Virus record (IMG/VR): IMGVR_UViG_3300020043_002719
Location: 1-28,586 of that record
Strand: one strand, 5' to 3'
DNA length: 28,586 nucleotides
DNA from: a virus
Taxonomy: Duplodnaviria; Caudoviricetes
Shown here piece by piece: positions 1 through 9,407 of the stretch. Under the pieces are notes generated by a model. It was not told the origin of the DNA and did no database searches. It saw nothing but the letters and a program-made list of their open reading frames with translations. Position 1 is the stretch's first letter. Each line of letters opens with the position of its first letter. The position numbers and the translations under genes are program-made.

Positions 1-112
1 TCAGGTTGCTGCTCGATCTTTTGCGCGGCGATATTTCCAGCGAATCCCCCGGCCAATGCGCCGCTGATATACCCAATAACCGCCCCGGCAGGAACAGTTC
101 CAGGTGCAACAG
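1..112. repeat. Left arm of a 112-bp perfect inverted repeat (partner 505-616)
   Basis: 1-112 (tcaggttgct...gtgcaacag) is the exact reverse complement of 505-616 (ctgttgcacc...caacctga). It runs to the window edge. Confidence 0.95.
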
Positions 113-437
113 GTCCACCTGCCAAGCCAAGTGATGCGCCACCAGCAGTAAACGCTGCTTTAGTTCCTTCAGCAATTGCAATCTCTGCGGCAAGTCCAGC
201 ACCAATACGGGCAAGGCTTGGATCTGCCTTCTCGTCAATATTCTGCCCTGCTTTCTGAATCTCGTTCTCGCGCTCTTTCTGCCACTTCGCTACTTCTTCT
301 TGAAGCATTTCAGTGGTACGCTCTTGAGCTTGCTCTTGGTCTACTTCTTTAATCGTGGATTTCCACCCAGAAGCAGGTGCTATATCAGTTGGTTTCTCCT
401 CAACTTGTTCTTCAGTGATTGTATCTTTCCAGCCCAT
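1..437 (-). CDS. Inverted N-terminal segment of the large virion protein (partial, runs off the window edge)
   Basis: ATG at 437 after an AC-rich leader (aaccaaactcaccaca). Reads MGWKDTITEEQVEEKPTD...GPVAPGTVPAGAVIGYISGALAGGFAGNIAAQKIEQQP with no stop; its end equals the start of ORF 561-3872. Confidence 0.8.
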   Translation of the reverse strand, partial: MGWKDTITEEQVEEKPTDIAPASGWKSTIKEVDQEQAQERTTEMLQEEVAKWQKERENEIQKAGQNIDEKADPSLARIGAGLAAEIAIAEGTKAAFTAGGASLGLAGGPVAPGTVPAGAVIGYISGALAGGFAGNIAAQKIEQQP

Positions 438-504
438 TGTGGTGAGTTTGGTTATTCAGACCAACCTTCTCCAATGGCTTGGTCAAGTTCATCTTGGTTC
501 TGAA

Positions 505-616
505 CTGTTGCACCTGGAACTGTTCCTGCCGGGGCGGTTATTGGGTATATCAGCGGCGCATTGGCCGGGGGATTCGCTGGAAATATCGCCGCGCAAAAGA
601 TCGAGCAGCAACCTGA
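505..616. repeat. Right arm of the 112-bp inverted repeat
   Basis: Reverse complement of 1-112; identity stops at the 504/505 junction. Confidence 0.95.
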
Positions 617-3600
617 GATTTCTTATGGAAGAGCAACTGCGTCTGCTTTGCTGAATCTTGTTCCTGGTGGTCTTGGTAAAATCGCCAAGGGTCCAAAATG
701 GCTGCAGCGTCTATCTGGCGTTGCTGCTCGCCACCCAGTGGCATTGACATCAGCTATTGGTGCTGCTGCCGCACCGGCATCTGTTGCCATCGAGCGTTCT
801 ATTGAGGGACAGGAGTCAATGTCTCAGAAAGAATTGCTGACCTATATTGGTAGCGGAGCAGCTATAGGTGCTGGTCTTGGCAAAACTGCAGAATACGGAA
901 AGAAACTTCTAACTCGTTTTGCTGGCAAGAATCCAGCAGAGATTGATCTGATGGTTCGTCGTGGCGATCCTGATGCGGTAAATTATGTCGATGCTTTTCG
1001 TGGTGTGAACAAGAACGATCTCGCTACCGTTGACGACATGAAAGCATATGTCAACGAACTTGGTGCTATCGCAAGAGCTAGAGTTGCTCCAAGTACTGTG
1101 CTTGGCCGGAAAGCTACAGAGGAGATCATGGCCGCACCAAATAGGATTACCGGAACGCAGCAAACTGGTCGTATCCTAAATAAGAAGGTCACAGACTTCA
1201 TTGCAAAGTCTGAAGACAAGGATCTTACTGATGCGCTAATTTACAATTACTTGACTGGATCTGCTGGACCAGTCCCAAGGGAGATCGCTCCAATTGTTGA
1301 TGACTTGGATCTTGCAAGAACTACAATCAAGAAACTTCAAGACGAGCTTGTTCAAAACCATTATAATGGTCAACGTGTTCTTCCAGAGGAAACACTAAAG
1401 ACTATTGAACAAAGTATGAATCGTGGGGACTACCTCACAGGCGAATATCAATTCTTCTTAAACAAGAACTACCAACCGACAAAGCAGCAGACCAAGGATT
1501 TGATGACTAGGTTGCAAGCTGACGGCATGTCCAAAGCAGATGCCGAGGCATATATTGCAAATCTTAATAAGAGCAAGGCTGCAAACGCTGATGACCTTGG
1601 AAATTTTGTTGCATCACAGAATGCAGGAATCCTAAAAAATCGAAACGATCTTTCACCGGAACTTCGTAACTATCTTGGTGAGATTGCAGATCCAGGTGAG
1701 ATGATTGAAGGAACGGTATCTAAGCTATCCCGGCTTGTTGGGTATGACACTGCTGATTTCAATATCAAGAATATATTGCGAGAAACCGGTATTGCGAAAG
1801 TTGCAGGAGAAGGTGTTGAGCAGGGTGAGTTTGTTCCGCTAAACCTTCGTCGTGGAGAGGCGCGGCTAAGAGTTGCAGATCCTAATGGGAACATGGTAGA
1901 TGAACAACTCTATGTGCCGAAACCAGTACAAGAGGCAATTCAGTCCATCTATGCAAAGAAGGCAGATAACTCCTTAATGGACAAGACTACAAGGTTTATC
2001 GGTGATGCTTTTTCAGCAGCAACGGCACTAAGTAAAGCTGCCAAGGTTCTTGGCAATCCTCCATCATATCTCATCCAGCTTTATGGAAACGTGGCAAGTG
2101 TTCTTGGTCAAGGCATGAATCCTGTTCGCGGACTTGTCCGTGGAACAAAATATGCCACTGCCCAATATGATTCTATCGCTAAGAGGTTGAGTTCATCAAA
2201 CATTGCTGAAATGCAACGTCTATCAAGCCTTGGCCTGATCAATGATGGAGTAACGGTAAGTGATATTAGAGAAGGACTTGGTGGCATTGGTCGCGTTGCA
2301 CAGAAGGTAGTTAATCCTTTCGGCAAGGCGTACAGCATACCAGATACGGCAATGAGGATTTCAGTATTTGATAATAATTCCCAAATGCTCAGGAGAATCG
2401 TTCCCGGAATTTCTTCTCTAAAGAATGGTGATGAAGTTGTCGACAAGTACGCTGCAAGATTGACTCACTTTACCTATCCGAACTACGACTACTTGAACAG
2501 AGGTCTTAGGACTCTATCTAAGTTTGGTGCGCTTGGGCAATTTGCCTCATTCGGAATGGAGCTTGCAAGAACTCAATTCAATCAAGGAAGGTTGATTAAG
2601 TCGATGTTGGATGGTTCTCTTGCTGATGAAATCGCGCAGGATGTTGGTACGGTTAATAAAGATGCATTGAAAAAAGAAGGTCTCAAAAGGCTTGGGGCAA
2701 TGATTGGTACATATGGTGCTACTGTTGGTGGCATCTATGGATTCAATAGGCTTAAATCTGGATACACATCAGATCAACAACAAGCACTAAAGGAAAGCGT
2801 CCTACCAGAATGGGACGAGCATAAGCCACTTGCATTCTACAAGGGTAAGGACGGCAAGGCATATTACATGAACTCAAGCTATCTTGTGCCACAGGCGCAG
2901 CTTATCGCTCCATTCATGGCCGGTCTTGAGGGTCGCAATTTCAAGGATGCCGCAGGTAGGTTTGCGGAAACTCTTGTTGAGGATCTTGGGGGTGAAGGGA
3001 ACTTTGTCTTGAATGCGCTTGTCCCAGCAATTCAGAACTACGACCCAAAAACAAAAGAACCAATCTCCAAGAAGGTTAGCGCACAGGATAGTCGAATGGA
3101 TAGGCTTGGTTGGTTTGCTGACGAGACCTTCACTCCTGGCATTGCTAGGGAGTTTGAACGCGCCACTAGCAAGACAAGACTCCAGCCGATTCAGCAGACT
3201 GTTCTTCGTCAGGCCGGCATTCGGGTAAATGACACTACCATCGAGGATGGTGCGCGATTCCGATTGAACAAGGTAAAGGACAGCTTGACTGCTTTGTCCA
3301 AAGACTACTCGTATCAGAGGTACAAGAAACAAGGTCAAGACCTTGACGCTGAGTATCAGCGCATCAATAAAGACTATCGAGACAATTCCGCATTGCTGGC
3401 GAAGCATGCCAAAAACTACCGCACTCTTGGGTTTAGCGAAGATAAGGTGCTACAACTTATGCGCGACAACGGCATCGGTCCAGCAAAGGCACTTGCTGCA
3501 ATCGACGGAGAGGTGCTTGATCTCCCAAAAACCCCGCGTAAGTCTATCACTGAAATGTACGAGACGCTCCCTGGGCAGACCCAGAAGGAGAAAATGCAAG

Positions 3601-3872
3601 CAATCAACATGGTTGCAAAAGATGACCCATTCCTTGCCAAGTCGCTTGTTACAAAGATGCGTGAGGAAGCTAAGATCAAGATGCTAAAGATTAGCGAGCG
3701 AGACAAGGCAGTCATGGGGCTTGGGGCAGAGGACGGAACCCGTGCTGCGTACATCTTCTCTCAAATGCAGAAATCCCAAGATCCAGATGGGGTTTACAAA
3801 AACTACTTGAAGAAAGGCTTGATTGATGCTCAAGTGCAGCAGCAACTGCAATCACTAAAAAACGCGAAATGA
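561..3872 (+). CDS. Large putative internal virion (ejected) protein, N-terminally truncated by the inversion
   Basis: 1103-aa ORF with Gly/Ala-rich hydrophobic N-terminal stretches, in the structural arm. The function is inferred from size, composition and context only. Confidence 0.6.
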   Translation: MAGGFAGNIAAQKIEQQPEISYGRATASALLNLVPGGLGKIAKGPKWLQRLSGVAARHPVALTSAIGAAAAPASVAIERSIEGQESMSQKELLTYIGSGAAIGAGLGKTAEYGKKLLTRFAGKNPAEIDLMVRRGDPDAVNYVDAFRGVNKNDLATVDDMKAYVNELGAIARARVAPSTVLGRKATEEIMAAPNRITGTQQTGRILNKKVTDFIAKSEDKDLTDALIYNYLTGSAGPVPREIAPIVDDLDLARTTIKKLQDELVQNHYNGQRVLPEETLKTIEQSMNRGDYLTGEYQFFLNKNYQPTKQQTKDLMTRLQADGMSKADAEAYIANLNKSKAANADDLGNFVASQNAGILKNRNDLSPELRNYLGEIADPGEMIEGTVSKLSRLVGYDTADFNIKNILRETGIAKVAGEGVEQGEFVPLNLRRGEARLRVADPNGNMVDEQLYVPKPVQEAIQSIYAKKADNSLMDKTTRFIGDAFSAATALSKAAKVLGNPPSYLIQLYGNVASVLGQGMNPVRGLVRGTKYATAQYDSIAKRLSSSNIAEMQRLSSLGLINDGVTVSDIREGLGGIGRVAQKVVNPFGKAYSIPDTAMRISVFDNNSQMLRRIVPGISSLKNGDEVVDKYAARLTHFTYPNYDYLNRGLRTLSKFGALGQFASFGMELARTQFNQGRLIKSMLDGSLADEIAQDVGTVNKDALKKEGLKRLGAMIGTYGATVGGIYGFNRLKSGYTSDQQQALKESVLPEWDEHKPLAFYKGKDGKAYYMNSSYLVPQAQLIAPFMAGLEGRNFKDAAGRFAETLVEDLGGEGNFVLNALVPAIQNYDPKTKEPISKKVSAQDSRMDRLGWFADETFTPGIAREFERATSKTRLQPIQQTVLRQAGIRVNDTTIEDGARFRLNKVKDSLTALSKDYSYQRYKKQGQDLDAEYQRINKDYRDNSALLAKHAKNYRTLGFSEDKVLQLMRDNGIGPAKALAAIDGEVLDLPKTPRKSITEMYETLPGQTQKEKMQAINMVAKDDPFLAKSLVTKMREEAKIKMLKISERDKAVMGLGAEDGTRAAYIFSQMQKSQDPDGVYKNYLKKGLIDAQVQQQLQSLKNAK

Positions 3873-3997
3873 AAACCAAGAGCAAAAAGCAAGTTGGATA
3901 CCTTTTAAGTAAGGGTTCTCCACTAACCTCTAAAGAGCAGGCCAAGCTCAAACGCGAACTTCACTCCGGCAAGGTGAAGGTCAAGAAGTCTAAATAA
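3869..3997 (+). CDS. Small basic hypothetical protein (42 aa)
   Basis: ATGA overlap with the upstream stop; MKTKSKKQVGYLLSKGSPLTSKEQAKLKRELHSGKVKVKKSK fills the gap before the next gene. Confidence 0.7.
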   Translation: MKTKSKKQVGYLLSKGSPLTSKEQAKLKRELHSGKVKVKKSK

Positions 3998-4005
3998 TCG
4001 GTCAT

Positions 4006-4575
4006 ATGACTGAACAAACCGAACTCCGAGAGTCCTCCGATGTGGACTCCCCGGAAGCATTGCGTGAGTTCTTCCACCAGGTGAAGGACCGTGCCAAGGA
4101 CATGTCACCGGTCTGCTTTGAAAACCGCTACCCGCATGTGGCAGCAAAGGTTCTCTGGATGCTTGCCCAAGGTGCGCCTGTGAGCGTGATTGCCAAGGCG
4201 ACCAACGTGGGCCGGTACTCCATCCGCAACATGGAATGGAGGCACAACGACACGCTAGAGACCAAGCGCAAGGAGTTCTCCAAGAAGTACGCCATTGCTG
4301 CGGCAGAGTACACCGATTTGCTTTTCGAGAAGGCGGAACAACTGGCGAACGATCCCGAGCAACTGTCCAAGATCTCGCCTGACAAACTTGCCTTGACTGT
4401 CGGCATCATGACCGACAAGAGTTCGCAGCTTTCTGGCATGGCGACCTCTGTGGTTGAACACCGCAAGGGAGCGAGCATTGACGATGCTGCCAAGATGATC
4501 GCTGATGCCAAGGCTAGGATCGCCAACAAAGTCCGCGAGGAAGCTATCGAGGCGGAAGTCGTAGAGGGCAAGTAA
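4006..4575 (+). CDS. Putative terminase small subunit
   Basis: HTH-like segment (MLAQGAPVSVIAKATNVGRYSI), helical body, TAATG-coupled directly to the large terminase. Confidence 0.6.
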   Translation: MTEQTELRESSDVDSPEALREFFHQVKDRAKDMSPVCFENRYPHVAAKVLWMLAQGAPVSVIAKATNVGRYSIRNMEWRHNDTLETKRKEFSKKYAIAAAEYTDLLFEKAEQLANDPEQLSKISPDKLALTVGIMTDKSSQLSGMATSVVEHRKGASIDDAAKMIADAKARIANKVREEAIEAEVVEGK

Positions 4576-6176
4576 TGCTGAACTGGCGCAAGCACCCGAT
4601 TCTGACTCCTCCGACTGACGAGGAGATTGCGATGATGGACGCAGAGGAACTCCTCAATGTCCATACGGTCTACCATGAAGCGATTGAAAACGCCGAGAAA
4701 GACCCGTACTACTACGGGTTTCGACTACCCCACTGGGAGCGAGCGGAGGAGCAACTTGGCAACGTTGATGAGATCCTAGCACTGGGGGGCAATCGTAGCG
4801 GGAAGACTGCCTGGGGATCTTACTGCGTGGTAAAGGCGGCATACGAAAACCCCGGCGCGGAGATCTTCTGCTTTGCCCAGACTAGCGAGGTGTCCATCCG
4901 CCAGCAGCAGAGTGCCATCTGGAACTGGTTGCCAGCAGAACTACGGACGAAGCACACAAGTTCTGGAACGTACATCTCGTACAAGAAGAAGACCGGGTTT
5001 ACCGATAATTCACTGATCTTACCGAATGGTAGTCAGATCATCTTCAAGACCTACAGTCAGTACCAGAACAATCCGACAATCCTAGAAGGTGCGGAACTTG
5101 GAAGCAAAGATCCCAAGTGGCACAATATCGGCGTTTGGTTAGACGAATACTTGCTAGGCAATGAATTGATCAACACATTGCGGTTTCGTCTAGCCACTAG
5201 GAACAGCAAGATGCTCGTCACGTTCACGCCAATCGACGGGTGGACCGAGGTGATCAAGGAGTACCTTGACGGAGCGACAAGCATTGAGAACAAGCCAGCA
5301 GAACTGCTAAATGGCGAACTTGTCCCGTATGTCCAGCGGAGCAAGAAGCGCAACGCTACGATCCACTACTTCCACTCTCAGGACAATCCATTCGGTGGAT
5401 ACGACCGCATTCGGGACACGCTAATCGGCAGACCCAAGGAGGAGATTCTAATCCGAGCCTATGGGGTTCCGGTGAAGTCCCACACCACGAAATTTCCCAA
5501 GTTTAACAAGGAAGTCAATGTGGTATCCAGTGATAAAATCCCTACGAAATCTATCACTAGATACCAGATCATCGACCCCGCCGGTTCCAAGAACTGGTTC
5601 ATGTGCTGGATCGCGGTGGACGAGTCTGGGACATTCTGGGTCTACCGTGAGTGGCCTGGGGTTGACGTTGGCGACTGGGCGGAATGGAAGAGCGGGAAGT
5701 GGATGCCGGGGCCGGGAGCAAAGGGGCAGGGGTACGGTATCCGGGACTACATCGAACTGATCCAGAACCTTGAGGACGGGGAGGAAATCTTTGAGCGTCT
5801 CATCGACCCTCGACTGGGGGCATCCAAGTACCAAGCGGCAGACGGGGCATCCTCGATCATCGAAGACATGAACGACCAAGGGATGGTCTGTATCCCGGCT
5901 CCGGGGCTGGACATTGACGATGGGTTGCAAGCCCTCATCGGGAAAATGGCATGGGACACAACCAAACCGCCGGATTCCCTCAATCGACCCCACTTCTACG
6001 TTAGCGAGGAGTGTGAGAACATCATCATGGCGTTGTCAGAGTACACCGGGGAACAAGGTCTCAAGGAGGCTTGGAAAGACCCTGTGGACGTTCTACGGTA
6101 TGCCGCAATCGCAGACATCGACCATGTGGATGCCAAGCGCACCATGACCACCAGACAAGGTAGTGGAGGATACTAA
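4575..6176 (+). CDS. terL: Terminase large subunit
   Basis: Walker A GGNRSGKT, Walker B WLDE, coupling motif TFTP, nuclease-domain acidic motifs IIDPAG and KDPVDVLRY. Confidence 0.93.
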   Translation: MLNWRKHPILTPPTDEEIAMMDAEELLNVHTVYHEAIENAEKDPYYYGFRLPHWERAEEQLGNVDEILALGGNRSGKTAWGSYCVVKAAYENPGAEIFCFAQTSEVSIRQQQSAIWNWLPAELRTKHTSSGTYISYKKKTGFTDNSLILPNGSQIIFKTYSQYQNNPTILEGAELGSKDPKWHNIGVWLDEYLLGNELINTLRFRLATRNSKMLVTFTPIDGWTEVIKEYLDGATSIENKPAELLNGELVPYVQRSKKRNATIHYFHSQDNPFGGYDRIRDTLIGRPKEEILIRAYGVPVKSHTTKFPKFNKEVNVVSSDKIPTKSITRYQIIDPAGSKNWFMCWIAVDESGTFWVYREWPGVDVGDWAEWKSGKWMPGPGAKGQGYGIRDYIELIQNLEDGEEIFERLIDPRLGASKYQAADGASSIIEDMNDQGMVCIPAPGLDIDDGLQALIGKMAWDTTKPPDSLNRPHFYVSEECENIIMALSEYTGEQGLKEAWKDPVDVLRYAAIADIDHVDAKRTMTTRQGSGGY

Positions 6177-6180
6177 TCAA

Positions 6181-6450
6181 ATGAACACACAGAAAAAGCG
6201 TGGGCGACCACCCAAAATCGTTAAGGAACAAGTCGAAGTGATTACTTCAGAACAAACTGAACCAGAAGTTATTAATGCCACCTGTTTGCGTCAGCATCCC
6301 AATCCGATGTGGATTCGCGCCAATATCAAAGGTGAGGCAGTAAATGTAAAAATCCACAGGAAATACGCAAACAAACTCGTTGGCAAACCAATAAAAGTTG
6401 TTAAGGTATCGCCGGAAAACCAAGATCCATATTACGAATACGTCCCATGA
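6181..6450 (+). CDS. Hypothetical protein with KKRGRPPK motif
   Basis: ORF between terminase and portal, ATGA-coupled to the portal. ATG 6181 is preferred because it lies just past the terL stop. Confidence 0.7.
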   Translation: MNTQKKRGRPPKIVKEQVEVITSEQTEPEVINATCLRQHPNPMWIRANIKGEAVNVKIHRKYANKLVGKPIKVVKVSPENQDPYYEYVP

Positions 6451-8516
6451 GCGATCCTACTGAAGAACAATACGAGTCAATGGTCTATGTTGACAAGACT
6501 CCAGATGTTGCGGCTTTGACGGATGCTTACGACCGTTGCCTACTGGATCTTGAGGAGTACTTTGAGGCATGCCTCCAATCCTACGAGGACAGGCGGAATA
6601 TCTGGGAGGGCAAGTCTGACGACCTCCGTAAGTCTGGAGCAAACGCATTCCCGTGGCAGGGAGCGTCCGACATGGAAGTGAACGTCATTGGCGAGCGGAT
6701 TGACTCCTACGTCGCCATGTTCGACCAAGCCCTCCAGCGTTCCCACATCAAGGCATTCCCCACCAGCATGGCGGCAATGCCCCGTGCGGCAATGGTGTCC
6801 TCGTTCCTCAAGTGGATGCGTTCCTCGTACATCCCGGACTTCAAGAACCAGATGGAGCTTGGGGCGAACTACCTGCTGGAGAAGGGTCTAATGATCTCCT
6901 ACGTTGGCTGGAAGCGTGAGAAGCGCACCTACCAGCAATCCGTTACACTTGAGCAGATCGCGGCACTGTCGCCCGACATGGCAGAGATGATCATTGCCGG
7001 TGATAACGAACAGGACGTGATCGCAATGGTCCTCCAAGCGTTCCCCAGCATGTCCCAGAAACGTGCGCGGAAGGCAGTGAGGGAACTCCAGAAACAAGGT
7101 GTCACGACGATCTCGATGCCGAGGACTAGCGTGGACTGCCCTGTGGTGTACTCCTGCGCTCCCGATGGTGAGGTGATCTTCCCGCCGTATGTGTCCGACC
7201 CGCAACGTTCTCCCTACGTTTTCTGGCGAACCTTCCTAACTGCTCAAGAGCTTGAGAAAAAAGTGGCAAACGAGGGATGGGATGAGAAGTGGGTTGAGAA
7301 CGCGATCCAGACGCTTCGTGGCAAGGACTCGTACTACCTGGATGGCGAGAAGCAGAAGACCTTGGACCGTCTCCCGATCACGGACGACAACGATCTGATC
7401 ATGGTGGTCTATGGCTACCAACGTCTGATTGACGAGGAGGACGGTTCCGAGGGCATCTACTGCACGGTGTTCCACCCGACGACCGATGGCTACGCCAAAC
7501 ACGAACTTCTGAACGGATACGACGACTACCCGTTTGTCGTTACCCGCTTGTCCAACAACCAGAAGCGGATGTATGAAATCGAGAACTTCTCTGACATCCT
7601 CCGTGGTCCACAGCTTCAGATCAAGACCGAGCGTGATAGTCGGATTGACCGTGCTTCTCTGGCTACCCTTCCTCCCATCATGCACCCTGCCGGTCGCCCA
7701 CCGACAGAGTGGGGTCCAGGTCGCAGGATTCCGTACCGTCGCCTTGGGGAAATCGCCTTTGGTCCCGTGCCACAGATGGACTCCGGTTCCATCGAGATTG
7801 AGACTGCCATGACGCTACAAGCGGACAATAGTGTCGGTCTTAATCTACAAAACCCAATTGCTGGCGTTCGCCAACAGTTCTTCATCAATAAGTTCCTTGA
7901 CCATGTGCGTGACGTTCTGGACCTAGCGTGGAAGCTATTCCGGCGCATGGGGCCAGATGAGGTGTTCTTCCAAGTGACCGGCAATCCCAACCCGCAGGTG
8001 ATGACCAAGGGTAGCCCGGACGAGGACTACAGCATCGTGGTAGCATTTGACTCCCAGTCTACCGACCCAGAGACGGCAGAGTCGCAACTCAAGAACATGG
8101 TGTCCCTCCTCCAGTTCGACCGGAATGGACGAGTGGATGTGGATAAACTGCTTGAGTTCACCGCTGCGTCGATCAATCCGATCTTTGCTGATTACGTCCT
8201 GCGTCCAGCGGAAGAGAGTCAGCAGCAGGTCCAGAAGAACGTCACGGACGACCTTGCTAAGATCTTCTCTGGCATCGAGGTTCCTGCCCAACCCAATGGG
8301 GCGCAGATCGCCCTACAGCTTGTCCAAGCATATGCCCAGCAACCGGATGTGGCGCAGCGTCTCCAAGGCGACCAAGCGTTTGCGGAGCGTCTCCAGAAAT
8401 ACGCCAGTCAGTATCAATTCCAGTTGCAGCAAGCACAGAACGCTCAAATCGGACGAATCGGAACTGCACCCGCAGAGATGGGTGGAGTCCAAACCCAAGG
8501 AATGAACCAACAATGA
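6447..8516 (+). CDS. Portal protein
   Basis: 689 aa, follows terL and precedes scaffold and capsid; YPFVV motif and Gln-rich C-terminus as in podovirus-like portals. Confidence 0.85.
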   Translation: MSDPTEEQYESMVYVDKTPDVAALTDAYDRCLLDLEEYFEACLQSYEDRRNIWEGKSDDLRKSGANAFPWQGASDMEVNVIGERIDSYVAMFDQALQRSHIKAFPTSMAAMPRAAMVSSFLKWMRSSYIPDFKNQMELGANYLLEKGLMISYVGWKREKRTYQQSVTLEQIAALSPDMAEMIIAGDNEQDVIAMVLQAFPSMSQKRARKAVRELQKQGVTTISMPRTSVDCPVVYSCAPDGEVIFPPYVSDPQRSPYVFWRTFLTAQELEKKVANEGWDEKWVENAIQTLRGKDSYYLDGEKQKTLDRLPITDDNDLIMVVYGYQRLIDEEDGSEGIYCTVFHPTTDGYAKHELLNGYDDYPFVVTRLSNNQKRMYEIENFSDILRGPQLQIKTERDSRIDRASLATLPPIMHPAGRPPTEWGPGRRIPYRRLGEIAFGPVPQMDSGSIEIETAMTLQADNSVGLNLQNPIAGVRQQFFINKFLDHVRDVLDLAWKLFRRMGPDEVFFQVTGNPNPQVMTKGSPDEDYSIVVAFDSQSTDPETAESQLKNMVSLLQFDRNGRVDVDKLLEFTAASINPIFADYVLRPAEESQQQVQKNVTDDLAKIFSGIEVPAQPNGAQIALQLVQAYAQQPDVAQRLQGDQAFAERLQKYASQYQFQLQQAQNAQIGRIGTAPAEMGGVQTQGMNQQ

Positions 8517-8665
8517 AAAATAAGCCAACTCAATCGGGCGCAGAGAAATCCATGAAAACCTACTTCGACTTCAAGCTCAAGAAAGAGAAGATGGAGATGA
8601 AGGAAGAAAAGATGGAGCGCAAGCGTGAGAAGAAGGGTCGCCGCGAATGCGGTTGCATGGACTAA
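8513..8665 (+). CDS. Small Lys/Glu/Met-rich hypothetical protein (50 aa)
   Basis: ATGA overlap with the portal stop; MKNKPTQSGAEKSMKTYFDFKLKKEKMEMKEEKMERKREKKGRRECGCMD. Confidence 0.6.
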   Translation: MKNKPTQSGAEKSMKTYFDFKLKKEKMEMKEEKMERKREKKGRRECGCMD

Positions 8666-8670
8666 TCCCC

Positions 8671-8835
8671 ATGAAATCAGCAAAGAAAAACCTCATCAAG
8701 CGGAAGGACGGTTCCTACTCGCCTCGCGGTATGTGGGACAATATCCGTGAGAACGCTGGATCTGGGAAGAAACCCACCAAGGCGATGCTTCGTCAAGAGC
8801 GCAAGATTCGGCTCAAGGAGAAAGGCAAAGCCTAA
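8671..8835 (+). CDS. Small basic hypothetical protein
   Basis: MKSAKKNLIKRKDGSYSPRGMWDNI...; TAATG-coupled to the next gene. Confidence 0.7.
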   Translation: MKSAKKNLIKRKDGSYSPRGMWDNIRENAGSGKKPTKAMLRQERKIRLKEKGKA

Positions 8836-9077
8836 TGGAGAAGCGATTCAAGAAGGTAGTCACCAATCCAGATACCGGCAGGAAGAAGACGATCCGCTAC
8901 GGTCAAGCAGGCAAAGCCAAGGACGGTGGTGACCGCATCCGGCCAGGTACATCAAAAGGTGATTCTTACTGCGCTCGATCCAACAAGATCAAGGGAGATT
9001 GGCGCAGTGACCCTAATAGTCCTAACAACCTATCGAGGCGCAAGTGGAAGTGCCGGGGTGACAAGTCCATGAAATAA
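8835..9077 (+). CDS. Small basic phage protein with GDSYCARS...RRKWKC motif
   Basis: 80 aa, very basic; the motif resembles small proteins I recall from aquatic phage structural regions. Confidence 0.75.
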   Translation: MEKRFKKVVTNPDTGRKKTIRYGQAGKAKDGGDRIRPGTSKGDSYCARSNKIKGDWRSDPNSPNNLSRRKWKCRGDKSMK

Positions 9078-9088
9078 CCATCAAAAAT

Positions 9089-9292
9089 ATGACACATTTA
9101 CCAACACCAACAGTCAATGAGGCAGTCCAAATCCTACGGGACAGGGATGAATTTAAAGCAGTAATTAAATTCATTAAAGACGAAAGAGAGAGGTTTTTCT
9201 CTGATCTTCGTCAGGTTGAGAATGAACGAGACGTAATGAAAATTGTAGGATCAGTCTCAACTCTTGATGAGTTACTTCAGATCCTCTCTTGA
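9089..9292 (+). CDS. Small helical hypothetical protein between portal and scaffold
   Basis: 67-aa ORF with an A-rich leader, at a position where podoviruses often carry a small helical protein. Confidence 0.7.
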   Translation: MTHLPTPTVNEAVQILRDRDEFKAVIKFIKDERERFFSDLRQVENERDVMKIVGSVSTLDELLQILS

Positions 9293-9318
9293 CAGATCTT
9301 GAGTTTCGCTTAATCACT
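9289..9318 (+). promoter_or_regulatory. Possible sigma70-type promoter for the intergenic RNA
   Basis: Perfect TTGACA (9289-9294), 16-nt spacer, TAATCA(CT); the -10 match is weak. Confidence 0.4.
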
Positions 9319-9319
9319 G

Positions 9320-9407
9320 TCCTGTCGGGAGTGGTTTCCCGCGTGTGTTATTGCATTGTGTTGTGTGTCTTGCCCTGGGGGGAGCAATCCTCTCAGGGCA
9401 TTTTCTT
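9320..9407 (+). ncRNA. Candidate trans-acting small RNA
   Basis: Non-coding. 5' hairpin cggga-GTGGTT-tcccg (9326-9341), GU-rich single-stranded core (9342-9370), 3' terminator. The core is complementary to early-gene leaders. The 5' end is estimated. Confidence 0.5.
9371..9407 (+). terminator. Intrinsic terminator
   Basis: 13-bp stem tgccctgggggga/tcctctcagggca with two G-U pairs (so it folds best as + strand RNA), GCAA tetraloop, then ttttctt. Confidence 0.8.

Noticed and set aside
300-654. + strand ORFs 300-503 and 355-654
   Set aside because: They are antisense shadows of the inverted N-terminal coding segment, and 355-654 crosses the chimeric junction.
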